Positions 10,766-23,435 of a DNA stretch of 64,000 bases are shown here, one piece after another. The notes under the pieces are model-generated. The model was not told the origin of the DNA. It saw nothing but the letters and a program-made list of their open reading frames with translations, and did not search any database. Position numbers and translations under genes: made by a program. The DNA comes from Synechococcus sp. (GTDB taxonomy: Bacteria; Cyanobacteriota; Cyanobacteriia; PCC-6307; Cyanobiaceae). Every line of letters begins with the position of its first letter. The stretch's first letter is position 1. The DNA lies in the NCBI GenBank assembly GCA_047285305.1, contig JBJBDL010000003.1:1-64000 (forward strand), given 5' to 3'.

Positions 10766-11122
10766 ATGGGACCTTTCCCCGGACGATTGATCCATGTTTC
10801 CACTGGTGTGATGGACGGCTGCAGGCCCTCAACTTCCCACACAGTTTGCGTGGACACCCGGTTCATGGCGCAATGGATGAAATCCTTTAGAAGTTGCAAT
10901 ACACTGATAACATCTGTGGGCTGGAGCGCAGCGGATCAGCCTTTAATACCAGCACCTAAAAAGCAACCGTCTACATCCAAGGTTCGGAAACTAGTGGAGA
11001 AATTAACACCCCAAAAAGAAACTAGTTCTAACAAGCAAGAAAAAGCAGACTCAGACAAGCCAGAGGCCAACAAACGTAAAAGTACCTCTAGCCGCCGTAG
11101 GAATCGCCGGAAACAAGCCTGA
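10766..11122 (+). CDS. Conserved PBS-region hypothetical protein (unk11 position), possible degenerate CpcD-like domain plus basic tail
   Basis: 118 aa ORF between cpeY and unk12; Lys/Arg-rich C-terminus. Confidence 0.6.
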   Translation: MGPFPGRLIHVSTGVMDGCRPSTSHTVCVDTRFMAQWMKSFRSCNTLITSVGWSAADQPLIPAPKKQPSTSKVRKLVEKLTPQKETSSNKQEKADSDKPEANKRKSTSSRRRNRRKQA

Positions 11123-11129
11123 TCAAGAT

Positions 11130-11567
11130 CTATGAGGCTCTCGATGAGACTTCAAAAATCGCATCTTCGGATCGTCCAGCCTTAAGAGCTTCCCAGTTGA
11201 TCGCTTGAAGAAAAGTGCTTTCATCAGGCGTTTCAACCAAATCAACACCCCAATATCCCTCCTGGAGTGGAGCTCCAGGAGAAGCTTGGGAATCTTTCCT
11301 TCCACCAAGTGCCAGGACAACGTGGTTCATGTCATGTCCGAGTTGACGACGGTATTCAGACCAAGTTCGCACCAAATCAACAGCCATATCTTGCGGAGAT
11401 AAATCAGACGATATAGAGAGTTTCCAATGAGGATGATTTAAAACTGTCGTTGAAGAAATATTTTTCGAAAGAGATTTAAGTTCTTGAGCAAGCAGTTCAA
11501 AATTCAATGCAGGCACGAGATCTGATTGAACCTGCAAGTTATGAGATAGAACAAACGTCGTCATCAA
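11130..11567 (-). CDS. DUF2656-family protein (unk12 position)
   Basis: FVLSHNL, ALGGRKDS, WGVDLVET motifs; downstream of cpeA. Confidence 0.75.
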   Translation of the reverse strand: MMTTFVLSHNLQVQSDLVPALNFELLAQELKSLSKNISSTTVLNHPHWKLSISSDLSPQDMAVDLVRTWSEYRRQLGHDMNHVVLALGGRKDSQASPGAPLQEGYWGVDLVETPDESTFLQAINWEALKAGRSEDAIFEVSSRAS

Positions 11568-11647
11568 AAAAACACACCTACGATGAATCTAATGGAATTT
11601 CAGCCTGTCTGCGATGGATGATCAGTGGTCTTCCATCTGGCTGACAC

Positions 11648-11677
11648 AAAAAAAGGGGGAGCAACTGCTCCCCCTTT
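11648..11677 (-). terminator. Rho-independent terminator of cpeBA
   Basis: AAAGGGGGAGC-aact-GCTCCCCCTTT with an A run on its left (T run on the minus strand). Confidence 0.88.
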
Positions 11678-11696
11678 CCCTAAAATCTTGAACTGA

Positions 11697-12200
<504 letters not shown>

Positions 12201-12252
12201 TTAGATAAAAGGTGCTGAGAAGGTAAGGAGAGAAGACTTGATCGTCCGTAGA

Positions 12253-12864
<612 letters not shown>

Positions 12865-13117
12865 TTAGAAGCCCGGAGACCCAAGGGTGATGGAAGCGCT
12901 GACCCAGGCTAAACTCAGTTGCCAGCAGGGTTCGTCAAACAGCCCCCTTTACGCAAAAGTTTGTCACCTTGGGCCAAATACCCCGGTTGGCACCCCCCGG
13001 AATTAGGCCGATCCGAGGGCAATCTCTCCTTTATTGACGTAAACCTGAGCAAAGGTTCACAAAAGCCTTGAGCAGCCATCGAGCAGGCTTAGGATCTTTT
13101 GGCTCAATCAGAACTAC

Positions 13118-13351
13118 ATGGACAACGCAGCGTCCGATTTACCAAGCCTCGAAGAGTTGCAAGAGTCCATAGATGAATTGGCTGCCTACAGGGAAAGACT
13201 GTTCCAAGATGTAGTTGGTTTGGGCAAAAAACTGCGCTTATCCCAAAAGAAGATTGATGCCACTGTTGCAGCACATCCAGAGCTCCAAAGACTCGACGAA
13301 GTGATGTCACAGCTCGTTGCACAGAGAAATGCACAACAGAGTCAGCGTTGA
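13118..13351 (+). CDS. Conserved small helical protein (unk13 position)
   Basis: 77 aa ELAAYRERL...HPEL family, upstream of cpeU. Confidence 0.7.
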   Translation: MDNAASDLPSLEELQESIDELAAYRERLFQDVVGLGKKLRLSQKKIDATVAAHPELQRLDEVMSQLVAQRNAQQSQR

Positions 13352-13415
13352 AGTGCCAAAAGTAATACTTTACCGGTTCGCCTGTATTAATTAATTTTCT
13401 TCAAAGCGCAAACCA

Positions 13416-15552
<2,137 letters not shown>

Positions 15553-15688
15553 GCATTATGAACAGCTTTCGGGACGCTCCCGAGCTGTTGGCCAGAATCG
15601 CGGGCGACGGGATGGAGGCAATAGCCTCCAGCCATCCCTTTCAAGTCTGAGATTCCCGCTCCAGACGTAGTTCACAGGAACAACAACC

Positions 15689-16207
15689 ATGTTCGACGCC
15701 TTCACCAAGGTTGTCGCCCAGGCCGATGCCCGGGGACAATTCATCAGCACCAGCGAGATCGACGCCCTCGCTGGCATGGTTTCCGACAGCAACAAGCGTC
15801 TGGATGCCGTTAACCGCATCTCCAGCAACGCCTCCAGCATCGTTGCTTCGGCCGCTCGTCAGCTGTTTGCTCAACAGCCTTCTTTGATCTCCCCTGGCGG
15901 TAACGCTTACACCTCCCGTCGTATGGCTGCTTGCCTGCGCGACATGGAGATCATCCTGCGTTATGTCACCTACTCAGCTTTCACAGGTGATTCTTCCGTG
16001 ATGGAAGACCGCTGCCTTAACGGCCTGCGCGAGACCTACCTGGCCCTTGGCACTCCCGGTGCTTCGGTTGCAGCTGGAGTCAACTTAATGAAAGAAGCCG
16101 CTCTGGCACTCGTTAACGACAAAGCTGGCATCTCAGCTGGTGACTGCGCCTCGCTGAGCAGCGAAATCGGCACCTACTTCGACAAAGCCGCAGCTTCCGT
16201 CGCCTGA
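15689..16207 (+). CDS. rpcB: R-phycocyanin beta subunit
   Basis: 172 aa [32 protein letters not shown]. Confidence 0.95.
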   Translation: MFDAFTKVVAQADARGQFISTSEIDALAGMVSDSNKRLDAVNRISSNASSIVASAARQLFAQQPSLISPGGNAYTSRRMAACLRDMEIILRYVTYSAFTGDSSVMEDRCLNGLRETYLALGTPGASVAAGVNLMKEAALALVNDKAGISAGDCASLSSEIGTYFDKAAASVA

Positions 16208-16244
16208 TCGACGCGTTGATTCGACGTCTTACTTCTCCTAACCA

Positions 16245-16733
16245 ATGAAAACCCCTCTCACCGAAGCTGTTGCAGCAGCTGATTCTCAGGGACGTTTCCT
16301 GAGCAACACCGAGGTTCAAGCTGCCTCCGGTCGTTTCAATCGCGCCAAGGCCAGCCTCGAAGCTGCCAAGGCTCTCACCAGCAAGGCTGATTCCCTGGTG
16401 AACGGCGCTGCCCAGGCCGTGTACACCAAGTTCCCCTACACCACCCAAATGGCTGGGCCGAACTACTCAGCCAGCCCCGAAGGCAAAGCCAAGTGCTCCC
16501 GTGACGTGGGCTACTACCTGCGCATGATCACCTACTGCCTGGTCGCTGGTGGTACTGGCCCCATGGACGACTACCTGATCGCCGGTCTGGACGAGATCAA
16601 CCGCACTTTCGAGCTCTCCCCCTCCTGGTATGTGGAAGCTCTGAAGCACATCAAGGCCAACCATGGCCTCAGCGGCGACGCTGCTACCGAAGCCAACAGC
16701 TACATCGACTACGCCATCAACGCCCTGATCTGA
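16245..16733 (+). CDS. rpcA: R-phycocyanin alpha subunit
   Basis: 162 aa [25 protein letters not shown]. Confidence 0.95.
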   Translation: MKTPLTEAVAAADSQGRFLSNTEVQAASGRFNRAKASLEAAKALTSKADSLVNGAAQAVYTKFPYTTQMAGPNYSASPEGKAKCSRDVGYYLRMITYCLVAGGTGPMDDYLIAGLDEINRTFELSPSWYVEALKHIKANHGLSGDAATEANSYIDYAINALI

Positions 16734-16752
16734 TCAGTTGACGTTGTGTTCC

Positions 16753-16777
16753 AAGCCCCCCTTGGGGGGCTTTTTTT
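16753..16777 (+). terminator. Rho-independent terminator of rpcBA
   Basis: AAGCCCCC-cttg-GGGGGCTT followed by T run. Confidence 0.85.
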
Positions 16778-16807
16778 ATTGTTCTTTTTCGGCCCCATCA
16801 GAGCGCT

Positions 16808-17401
16808 GTGATCACCCCCAACGTTCGGCGTTTTCTCAACCTGCTCTGTGGCGAATACAGCAACCAGCAGCAAGCCTTCGACAACCCTCCCCTGTATGCC
16901 CACATCTTTCTGAGGTATCGCCCGCTTGTACAGCTACGTCCAGGATCAATCCTGCTCGAGCAGACCTATGCCGTTGATCCCAAGCATCCCTACCGGTTGC
17001 GCATGATCCGCGCTGAAGAGCAGGCCTCCGGCGCCATCAAGCTCTGGAATCACATCTTCCGTGACCCGGAACGCTTCGCCGGAGCCACGTTTGATCCGCA
17101 ACTACGCCTTGCCATTCAGGACAGTGACTTGATCAGCCTGGATCAGTGCCACTACCAAGTGCTCGAACAGCCAAACGGCTACCACGGCGCAATGGAACCG
17201 GGATCCAAGTGCATCGTGCAACGGAATGGCCAAGACACAGTGCTGGTGAGCAGCTTTCACTTGGAGGGCGACTCACTTTCGACCCTCGATCGCGGCCATG
17301 ACCCGGAAACGAATGAGCGCTGCTGGGGCTCGGTGGCAGGCCCATTCCGGTTCAAGCGAACTAAAAGCTGGACGGCCGACATGGCATCGGCCTGGGTGTG
17401 A
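16808..17401 (+). CDS. rpcT: T-clan phycobilin lyase RpcT
   Basis: GEYSNQQQAFDNPPLYAHI, PYRLR, DRGHD...WGS motifs. Confidence 0.88.
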   Translation: MITPNVRRFLNLLCGEYSNQQQAFDNPPLYAHIFLRYRPLVQLRPGSILLEQTYAVDPKHPYRLRMIRAEEQASGAIKLWNHIFRDPERFAGATFDPQLRLAIQDSDLISLDQCHYQVLEQPNGYHGAMEPGSKCIVQRNGQDTVLVSSFHLEGDSLSTLDRGHDPETNERCWGSVAGPFRFKRTKSWTADMASAWV

Positions 17402-18174
17402 TGGAACCGCTGAGTGAAACGCAGGTAATCAGGAACCTCCGCCAAACGAAGGATCCTTCGGCGCAGTACTACGCCGCCTGGTGGCTGGGGAAGATGCGCA
17501 GCCAGCACCCTGATGCCATCCCTCTTCTGCTCAGAACTCTTGAGGCACTGGATGCCGCGCCGATTGATCCAGAACAACGCGGTGTCGCACTCAACGCGAT
17601 CCGTGCTTTAGGCCTGCTCAGGGATACGAGAGCAGAAAAACCTCTTCTGGCGCTGCTGCACTCCGACGACTACACCGTGCGGGAGGAGGTGGTCCGCACG
17701 CTTGGTGCCATAGGCAGCTGTAGGGCTGTTGAGGGCATTCGCGCTTTGCTGGCCAGTGGATTGCAAGGGGCAGGAGCTGAGCAGCCCTCATCCCCCTTGC
17801 TCAACGAGCCCTGTGAAGCGCTACTGGAAGCCCTCGGTGAAATTGGTGATGGCAGCAGCAGCACTCTCGACGTGATTCGGCCGTTCACAGAGCACCCTCG
17901 TCCGTTGATCCGTTCAGCGGCCTGCCGAGCACTGCTTCAGCTGACCGGTCTTGATCACTGGGGTATGGAACTGAAAAAGCTGCTGAACCATCCAGAGCCC
18001 CTGGTGCGCCGTGGCGCGCTGCTCGACCTCGGCGCCACCGGCTGGACCGCAGCCGTGCCCTCGATCCGCACCGCTGCGGTGGAACCCAGCCTCAAGCTGG
18101 TTGCACTCCGAGAGGTGGCGGAACGCAACGACGACCCCAACGACGTTCTCGACGCAATGGACGAACTGCTCTGA
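17398..18174 (+). CDS. rpcE: Phycocyanin alpha-Cys84 lyase subunit E
   Basis: YYAAWWLG CpcE motif, HEAT repeats, C-terminal MDELL. Confidence 0.85.
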   Translation: MMEPLSETQVIRNLRQTKDPSAQYYAAWWLGKMRSQHPDAIPLLLRTLEALDAAPIDPEQRGVALNAIRALGLLRDTRAEKPLLALLHSDDYTVREEVVRTLGAIGSCRAVEGIRALLASGLQGAGAEQPSSPLLNEPCEALLEALGEIGDGSSSTLDVIRPFTEHPRPLIRSAACRALLQLTGLDHWGMELKKLLNHPEPLVRRGALLDLGATGWTAAVPSIRTAAVEPSLKLVALREVAERNDDPNDVLDAMDELL

Positions 18175-18806
18175 TGACCACAACAGCATTGGACCAGGCG
18201 CTTCAGACGCTCGAGCGGGCCACCAGCACCCCTGAGCTGGTCAAAGCCACGCAAGCCCTTTGTGCACTTAATGACCTTGAGGCCGCCAAGCCGCTCGTAA
18301 AGGTGCTGGGGTTCAACAATCCAGCGGTGGCAGCTGTGGCAACACAGGGGCTGATTCAGCTGGGACGAGACATCGTGCCCATCCTTCTGGTGAGCCTGGA
18401 TGCCCGCAATTACGGCGCACGGGCCTGGGTGGTGAAGGTGATTGCCGCCCTACGGGATCCACGGGGTCTTGACCTCCTGGAGCATGCCCTTCAGGCCGAC
18501 ATCGCTCCGAGCGTGCGGCGCTCTTCAACCCGTGGCCTGGCGGACTTGGAGTTCAGTGAAAACGCAGAGCAAGATCAGCTTGAGCGCTGTTTCAAGGGAC
18601 TGTTCAAAGCCGTGCGAGACGACGAATGGGTGGTGCGTTATGCAGCGGCCTACGGACTCGAGCAACGCTTGAACAACACGGCGGTATCAGCACACCTGAC
18701 CGAACAGAGCCTGGCCGCACTGAACCAGCTCGCATCCGATGGGGAAGGTGTCAGGGTGGTGCAGCTGCGGGCTCTGAAAGCCCTCCAACGCCTCAACGCC
18801 GGATGA
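18174..18806 (+). CDS. rpcF: Phycocyanin alpha-Cys84 lyase subunit F
   Basis: VLGFNNP, NYGARAW, DIAPSVRR, EWVVRYAA CpcF motifs. Confidence 0.85.
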   Translation: MTTTALDQALQTLERATSTPELVKATQALCALNDLEAAKPLVKVLGFNNPAVAAVATQGLIQLGRDIVPILLVSLDARNYGARAWVVKVIAALRDPRGLDLLEHALQADIAPSVRRSSTRGLADLEFSENAEQDQLERCFKGLFKAVRDDEWVVRYAAAYGLEQRLNNTAVSAHLTEQSLAALNQLASDGEGVRVVQLRALKALQRLNAG

Positions 18807-19282
18807 CCCAGAAACTGTTGTTCGTCTGCCTCGGCAACATCTGCCGCTCACCAGCGGCCGAAGGCGTCTTCCTGCATCTGCTTGAAGAGCGTGGCCTCAG
18901 TGATCAGTTCGTGGTGGATTCCGCCGGAACGGGCGGATGGCATGTGGGCAATCCAGCGGACCGACGCATGCAGGCTGCAGCCAACCGTCGCGGTATTCAG
19001 CTGCCCAGCCGCGCACGACAGATCAGCCTCGACGATTTCTCGAGTTTCGATCTGGTGCTGACGATGGACGACGACAATCTCACGGCCGTCCAAGGACTGG
19101 CTCGCGAAGCCGGGCCTCGAGTAACGGCCAGCATCAAGCCCATGCTCAGCTATGCCCGGGGATTCTCCGAAACGGAGGTGCCTGATCCCTATTACGGAGG
19201 CGAGGCGGGCTTCGAGCATGTGCTCGATCTGCTCGAGGATGCCTGCGCCAACCTGCTCGACGAACTCAACCCGCCGGCGTAG
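18803..19282 (+). CDS. Low-molecular-weight protein-tyrosine phosphatase
   Basis: VCLGNICRS P-loop and DPYYG; ATGA overlap with rpcF; marks the end of the PBS region. Confidence 0.92.
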   Translation: MTQKLLFVCLGNICRSPAAEGVFLHLLEERGLSDQFVVDSAGTGGWHVGNPADRRMQAAANRRGIQLPSRARQISLDDFSSFDLVLTMDDDNLTAVQGLAREAGPRVTASIKPMLSYARGFSETEVPDPYYGGEAGFEHVLDLLEDACANLLDELNPPA

Positions 19283-20783
19283 GCCAGGCTTCTTCGGCAA
19301 CCCGAGACCGGAACTGCCCCACCAGGGCATCGATCACAGCCTCAATGCTCATGCCATCGGTTACGAGCTCCACGGCATCGCCCGCCTGCACCAGAGGAGC
19401 CTCCTCACGGGTGCTGTCGAGGTGATCCCGTTCGGCGATCTGCGCTTCGAGCTCAGATCGCTCGGGCACCGGGAAGCCCCGCTGCTCCAGATCGAGAGCA
19501 CGGCGCCGGGCCCGTTCGCTCACTGTGGCTGTGAGAAACACCTTCAGATCAGCATCCGGGAAAACAGCGGTGCCGATGTCGCGGCCTTCTGCCACCAAGC
19601 CACCTTTGGCACCCATCGCTTTCTGTTGAGCGGTCAACGCTTGCCTGACGCAACGGTGGGCGGCCACTGCCGAAACCGACGCTGTGACCTCCGGCGAGCG
19701 AATCGCGTCACTCACGTCCTGCCCATTCACCAAAACCTGCTGGCCGCCACCAGGCAACGACTTCAGCTGAAGGTCGAGGTCGTTCAACAGCGGTGCAATC
19801 GACGCTGCGTCCTGGGGGTCCACACCGTTCTGTTGCACCAACCAGGTCACCGACCGGTACATCGCGCCGGTGTCGAGGTAGACCAGCCCCATCCGCTCAG
19901 CAAAGGCGCGAGTAACGGTGCTTTTGCCAGCACCGGCAGGGCCATCGATGGCAACAAGAGGCTGGCGGGTCATCAGGAAGACGTGATCAATCAAACGGGT
20001 CGTCCCGCAACGCACCGCCGCAGCCAACAGTGAGATGGCCGTTTCAGAGCCACAGGGCTGGAGGGTGAAAGGGTCGACCCTCTCTACATACTCCACTTCA
20101 AGCCCTGCTTCACCGAGGCTCTGATGCACCGAAGTCTCGGGATCGCTGTGATCGGCACGACACAGTGCCGCCTGCAGAGCAGCGGCTCGAGCCCGATCAG
20201 CGGAGGACAGGTATTGGTTGCGGGAACTCAAGGCCAGACCATCGGATTCACGAACGGTGGGAACGCCCTTCACCGCGACGTCAGGATCAAGATCGGCCAC
20301 CAGCCGGCGCAGGATCACCAGCTGCTGCCAGTCCTTTTCACCCAACCAAAGGCAAGACGGCTTCACCAGCTGCAGCAACCGGGCCACGACCGTGACCACA
20401 CCATCAAAGTGACCGGGACGGGAAGCTCCACAAAGATGGGTCTGCAGGTCTGCAGGTGCTGAGCGCGACACCGCTGACGGGAGCCCACTCGGATAGATGG
20501 CATCAACACTCGGAGCCCAAAGTGCGTGAGCACCACAACGTTCGGCCAAACCCCGATCCGCTTCAAGCGTTCGCGGGTAGCGATCAAAATCTTCAGCTGG
20601 CCCGAATTGGAGCGGGTTGACAAACACACTCACCAGAACAGGCCCCTGTTCTGAGGCCCGGCGGATCAGCTCACCATGCCCCTGGTGCAACCCCCCCATA
20701 GTGGGCACAAATTGCAGAGGTCCACTGAAGTTGGACCGGAAGCGTTCCAGCTCGGCCTGGGTGGAGAGAACGAAGCAGCTCAG
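19266..20783 (-). CDS. panC/cmk: Bifunctional pantoate--beta-alanine ligase / cytidylate kinase
   Basis: VPTMGGLHQGH, SRPGHFDGV, GLALSSRN, then IDGPAGAGKST and YLDTGAMYR. Start tentatively extended to CTG 20783. Confidence 0.92.
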   Translation of the reverse strand: MSCFVLSTQAELERFRSNFSGPLQFVPTMGGLHQGHGELIRRASEQGPVLVSVFVNPLQFGPAEDFDRYPRTLEADRGLAERCGAHALWAPSVDAIYPSGLPSAVSRSAPADLQTHLCGASRPGHFDGVVTVVARLLQLVKPSCLWLGEKDWQQLVILRRLVADLDPDVAVKGVPTVRESDGLALSSRNQYLSSADRARAAALQAALCRADHSDPETSVHQSLGEAGLEVEYVERVDPFTLQPCGSETAISLLAAAVRCGTTRLIDHVFLMTRQPLVAIDGPAGAGKSTVTRAFAERMGLVYLDTGAMYRSVTWLVQQNGVDPQDAASIAPLLNDLDLQLKSLPGGGQQVLVNGQDVSDAIRSPEVTASVSAVAAHRCVRQALTAQQKAMGAKGGLVAEGRDIGTAVFPDADLKVFLTATVSERARRRALDLEQRGFPVPERSELEAQIAERDHLDSTREEAPLVQAGDAVELVTDGMSIEAVIDALVGQFRSRVAEEAWPTPAG

Positions 20784-21319
20784 CGCAGCACCTCAAGCTT
20801 GACCTGAGCAATTCCAGAGACAGTCAGTCCCAGTTCAGAGGCGGCGCCGTGGCCCAGGTCAATCACCCGGTGATCAATGAAAGGGCCGCGATCGTTGATG
20901 CGGATCACGGCCGTGCGCCCGTTCCAGAGATTGGTGACTCGCACTTTCGTTCCAAAGGGAAGCGTTCGATGGGCCGCAGTCATCGTGCCGGGCTTGTAGA
21001 CCTCACCATTGGCCGTGAGGTTGCCGTAAAAACCGGGGCCATACCAACTTGCCTCACCAGTGATGACCTTTACAACTTCGGGAACAAGCTTCAGCTTCGG
21101 CTTGGGGAGTTCAAGGGCAGAAGGTGCAAGAACCGGTTTGACCTCCGCCGCAGTGAATATTGCCTGCAGCGCAGGGTCCTGGGGATCGACCAGCAGATCC
21201 ATGGGGTCAGGGGACTCTGCACCATTGACCGAAAGGAAATCGCTTGCCACAACAGGCATGAGGGCCGCACTTCCTGAGATCGCTCCGGAGAGCGTGGCCA
21301 ACGTCAGGAGGACTCGCAT
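20780..21319 (-). CDS. rlpA: RlpA-family septal ring lytic transglycosylase
   Basis: GEASWYG, TAAHRTLPFGT, RINDRGP; signal-like N-terminus. Confidence 0.88.
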   Translation of the reverse strand: MRVLLTLATLSGAISGSAALMPVVASDFLSVNGAESPDPMDLLVDPQDPALQAIFTAAEVKPVLAPSALELPKPKLKLVPEVVKVITGEASWYGPGFYGNLTANGEVYKPGTMTAAHRTLPFGTKVRVTNLWNGRTAVIRINDRGPFIDHRVIDLGHGAASELGLTVSGIAQVKLEVLR

Positions 21320-21638
21320 GCAGAGCGGCGTGGCCAAGATCTTGGGACTGAACGGACAGTTCCAAGAGATTTGCAGGCCTCGCAAAAAATAGTGTTGTGA
21401 ACTTAAAAAGGGCGCTCTTGGAAAGAGACTGGGCACCATCGCCGCGACCGGGACAGCCACCCAGGCCCGCCTCTACCGCTAAACCGCGTGCCGACTGGCA
21501 GATCAACACCGGAAAGCAAGCCCCCGGACATAAGCCGAGAGAGAACAGCCAATAAGCACGGCCAATCAGATGCTGTGCCAACGAGCCAATCAGCACAGGC
21601 TCCGCGGCATTGCAGGATCAATGCATCGGATTCGTTCC

Positions 21639-22676
21639 ATGGATTACAAAAGCGCTGGAGTTGACGTTGAGGCCGGTCGCGCGTTCGTGCAACGCATCAA
21701 GGCGTCTGTGGAAGCCACCCACCGACCGGAGGTCATCGGCGGCCTTGGCGGTTTTGGCGGGCTGATGCGTCTTCCAGCCGGATTGCGCAAGCCCCTGCTG
21801 GTCTCAGGCACCGATGGCGTCGGAACCAAACTGGAGCTGGCTCAGGAGCATGGCAGCCATCACGGAGTGGGCATCGACCTGGTGGCGATGTGCGTCAACG
21901 ACGTGATCACCTCAGGAGCCGCGCCACTCTTCTTCCTGGATTACATGGCTACCGGGGCCTTAGCTCCATCGGCAATGGCCGAGGTTGTCGAAGGAATCGC
22001 CGATGGCTGCAGGCAGAGCGGCTGCGCCCTACTCGGCGGCGAAACGGCCGAGATGCCAGGGTTTTACCCGAAGGGGCGCTACGACCTCGCCGGCTTTTGT
22101 GTGGCCGTCGTCGAAGAAGACGAACTCATTGACGGCCTGCGCATCCAGCCTGGCGATAGCGTGGTAGGGGTGGCCAGCAGTGGAGTACACAGCAACGGCT
22201 TCAGCCTGGTGCGCAAGGTGCTGGAGAAGGCCAATGCAAATGCGAACACGCTGTATGGCGACGACCAGCGCCCTCTCATCGACGACCTGCTGGCGCCAAC
22301 AACCCTGTATGCCGACCTGGTGCAGCACCTGCTGCAGAGCGGATGCGAGCTCCACGGCATGGCCCACATCACCGGCGGAGGACTCCCAGAAAACCTGCCA
22401 CGCTGCCTGCCGGATGGCTGCTCGGCACGCATCGATGCCTCCAGCTGGGAAAGGCCCCCCCTGTTCCGATGGCTGCAGAAGGCCGGAGACATTCCCGAAA
22501 GAGACCTTTGGCACACGTTCAACCTCGGCATCGGTTTCTGCCTGGTGGTGCCGGCCGGGATCGAGGCTGCCGTGATCGAGCATTGCCACGGCAAGAACCA
22601 TCCGGCTTGGGTGATTGGCCACGTGACCTCCAATACCCCAGACAGCGCCTCTATTCTGGAAGGTGTCCCCGCCTGA
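21639..22676 (+). CDS. purM: Phosphoribosylformylglycinamidine cyclo-ligase
   Basis: [31 protein letters not shown]. Confidence 0.96.
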   Translation: MDYKSAGVDVEAGRAFVQRIKASVEATHRPEVIGGLGGFGGLMRLPAGLRKPLLVSGTDGVGTKLELAQEHGSHHGVGIDLVAMCVNDVITSGAAPLFFLDYMATGALAPSAMAEVVEGIADGCRQSGCALLGGETAEMPGFYPKGRYDLAGFCVAVVEEDELIDGLRIQPGDSVVGVASSGVHSNGFSLVRKVLEKANANANTLYGDDQRPLIDDLLAPTTLYADLVQHLLQSGCELHGMAHITGGGLPENLPRCLPDGCSARIDASSWERPPLFRWLQKAGDIPERDLWHTFNLGIGFCLVVPAGIEAAVIEHCHGKNHPAWVIGHVTSNTPDSASILEGVPA

Positions 22677-22793
22677 TTGCGTCAGTTTCAGTCGGGTTTG
22701 ATGCAGTCGACCACCGGCCCAGAAGGGATCGAATAAGCTTCTTTCAAGCACATCGGAACCTTTTCCGATAGCGGCGTCAATACATTTTTTTCA

Positions 22794-23426
22794 ATGCCTT
22801 TTGATAAGCCTCAGCGCATTACGCGTCGTCGATCGTCTGCAGGTCCTGTTCCACCGAGGCGTCCTTTGCCTTCAGGCCAGGACAGGCAGCAGGGCTACAG
22901 GCAGGGTGCACGACCAACTTTTCTCACGCTGCGGGATCACGGCAAAGTGTTCGTTGCCGACATGCCCCACCTTTCGGATGGGCAACTGGCTCACATCGGC
23001 AAGGAAGCCCAGGAGGTTTTGGAAAGCCTTGAACGGCGGATTCAAGACATGGAGCAAGAACTCAGTCACGGTCCTCAGGAGCGCGACACCCTGATCAAGG
23101 CTTCCACCAAACGCGATGTCACGCGCAGGTTCATCCGCGCCATTCAGGACGAGCAGGAGCATCGCCAAAACAACCCCGCTCTGAGGAGCGCTGCTGGCGA
23201 ATCGCTTCCGCGCACCTTTCTGGAGGTCGCCCGGCATCGACTGCCTGGGGCAACCTTTGATTCTTTGCTGCAGGAAGCCCTCGCCGCCTGTGCCCAGCAA
23301 CAGGACACTCCCCCAGCCCCCACTCGCCTGGAACCCTCGCAGGAAAAAGTCGTTCCGATTCGCAATGACGGCGACAGCCTCCCGGTGGTCGTGAGCCCAG
23401 CCCCTGAATCCGCCTCGGAGGCCTGA
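22794..23426 (+). CDS. Conserved picocyanobacterial hypothetical protein
   Basis: 210 aa ORF with coding-like codon usage (RPTFLTLRDHGKV); no function recognised. Confidence 0.7.
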   Translation: MPFDKPQRITRRRSSAGPVPPRRPLPSGQDRQQGYRQGARPTFLTLRDHGKVFVADMPHLSDGQLAHIGKEAQEVLESLERRIQDMEQELSHGPQERDTLIKASTKRDVTRRFIRAIQDEQEHRQNNPALRSAAGESLPRTFLEVARHRLPGATFDSLLQEALAACAQQQDTPPAPTRLEPSQEKVVPIRNDGDSLPVVVSPAPESASEA

Positions 23427-23435
23427 GCACAACAC

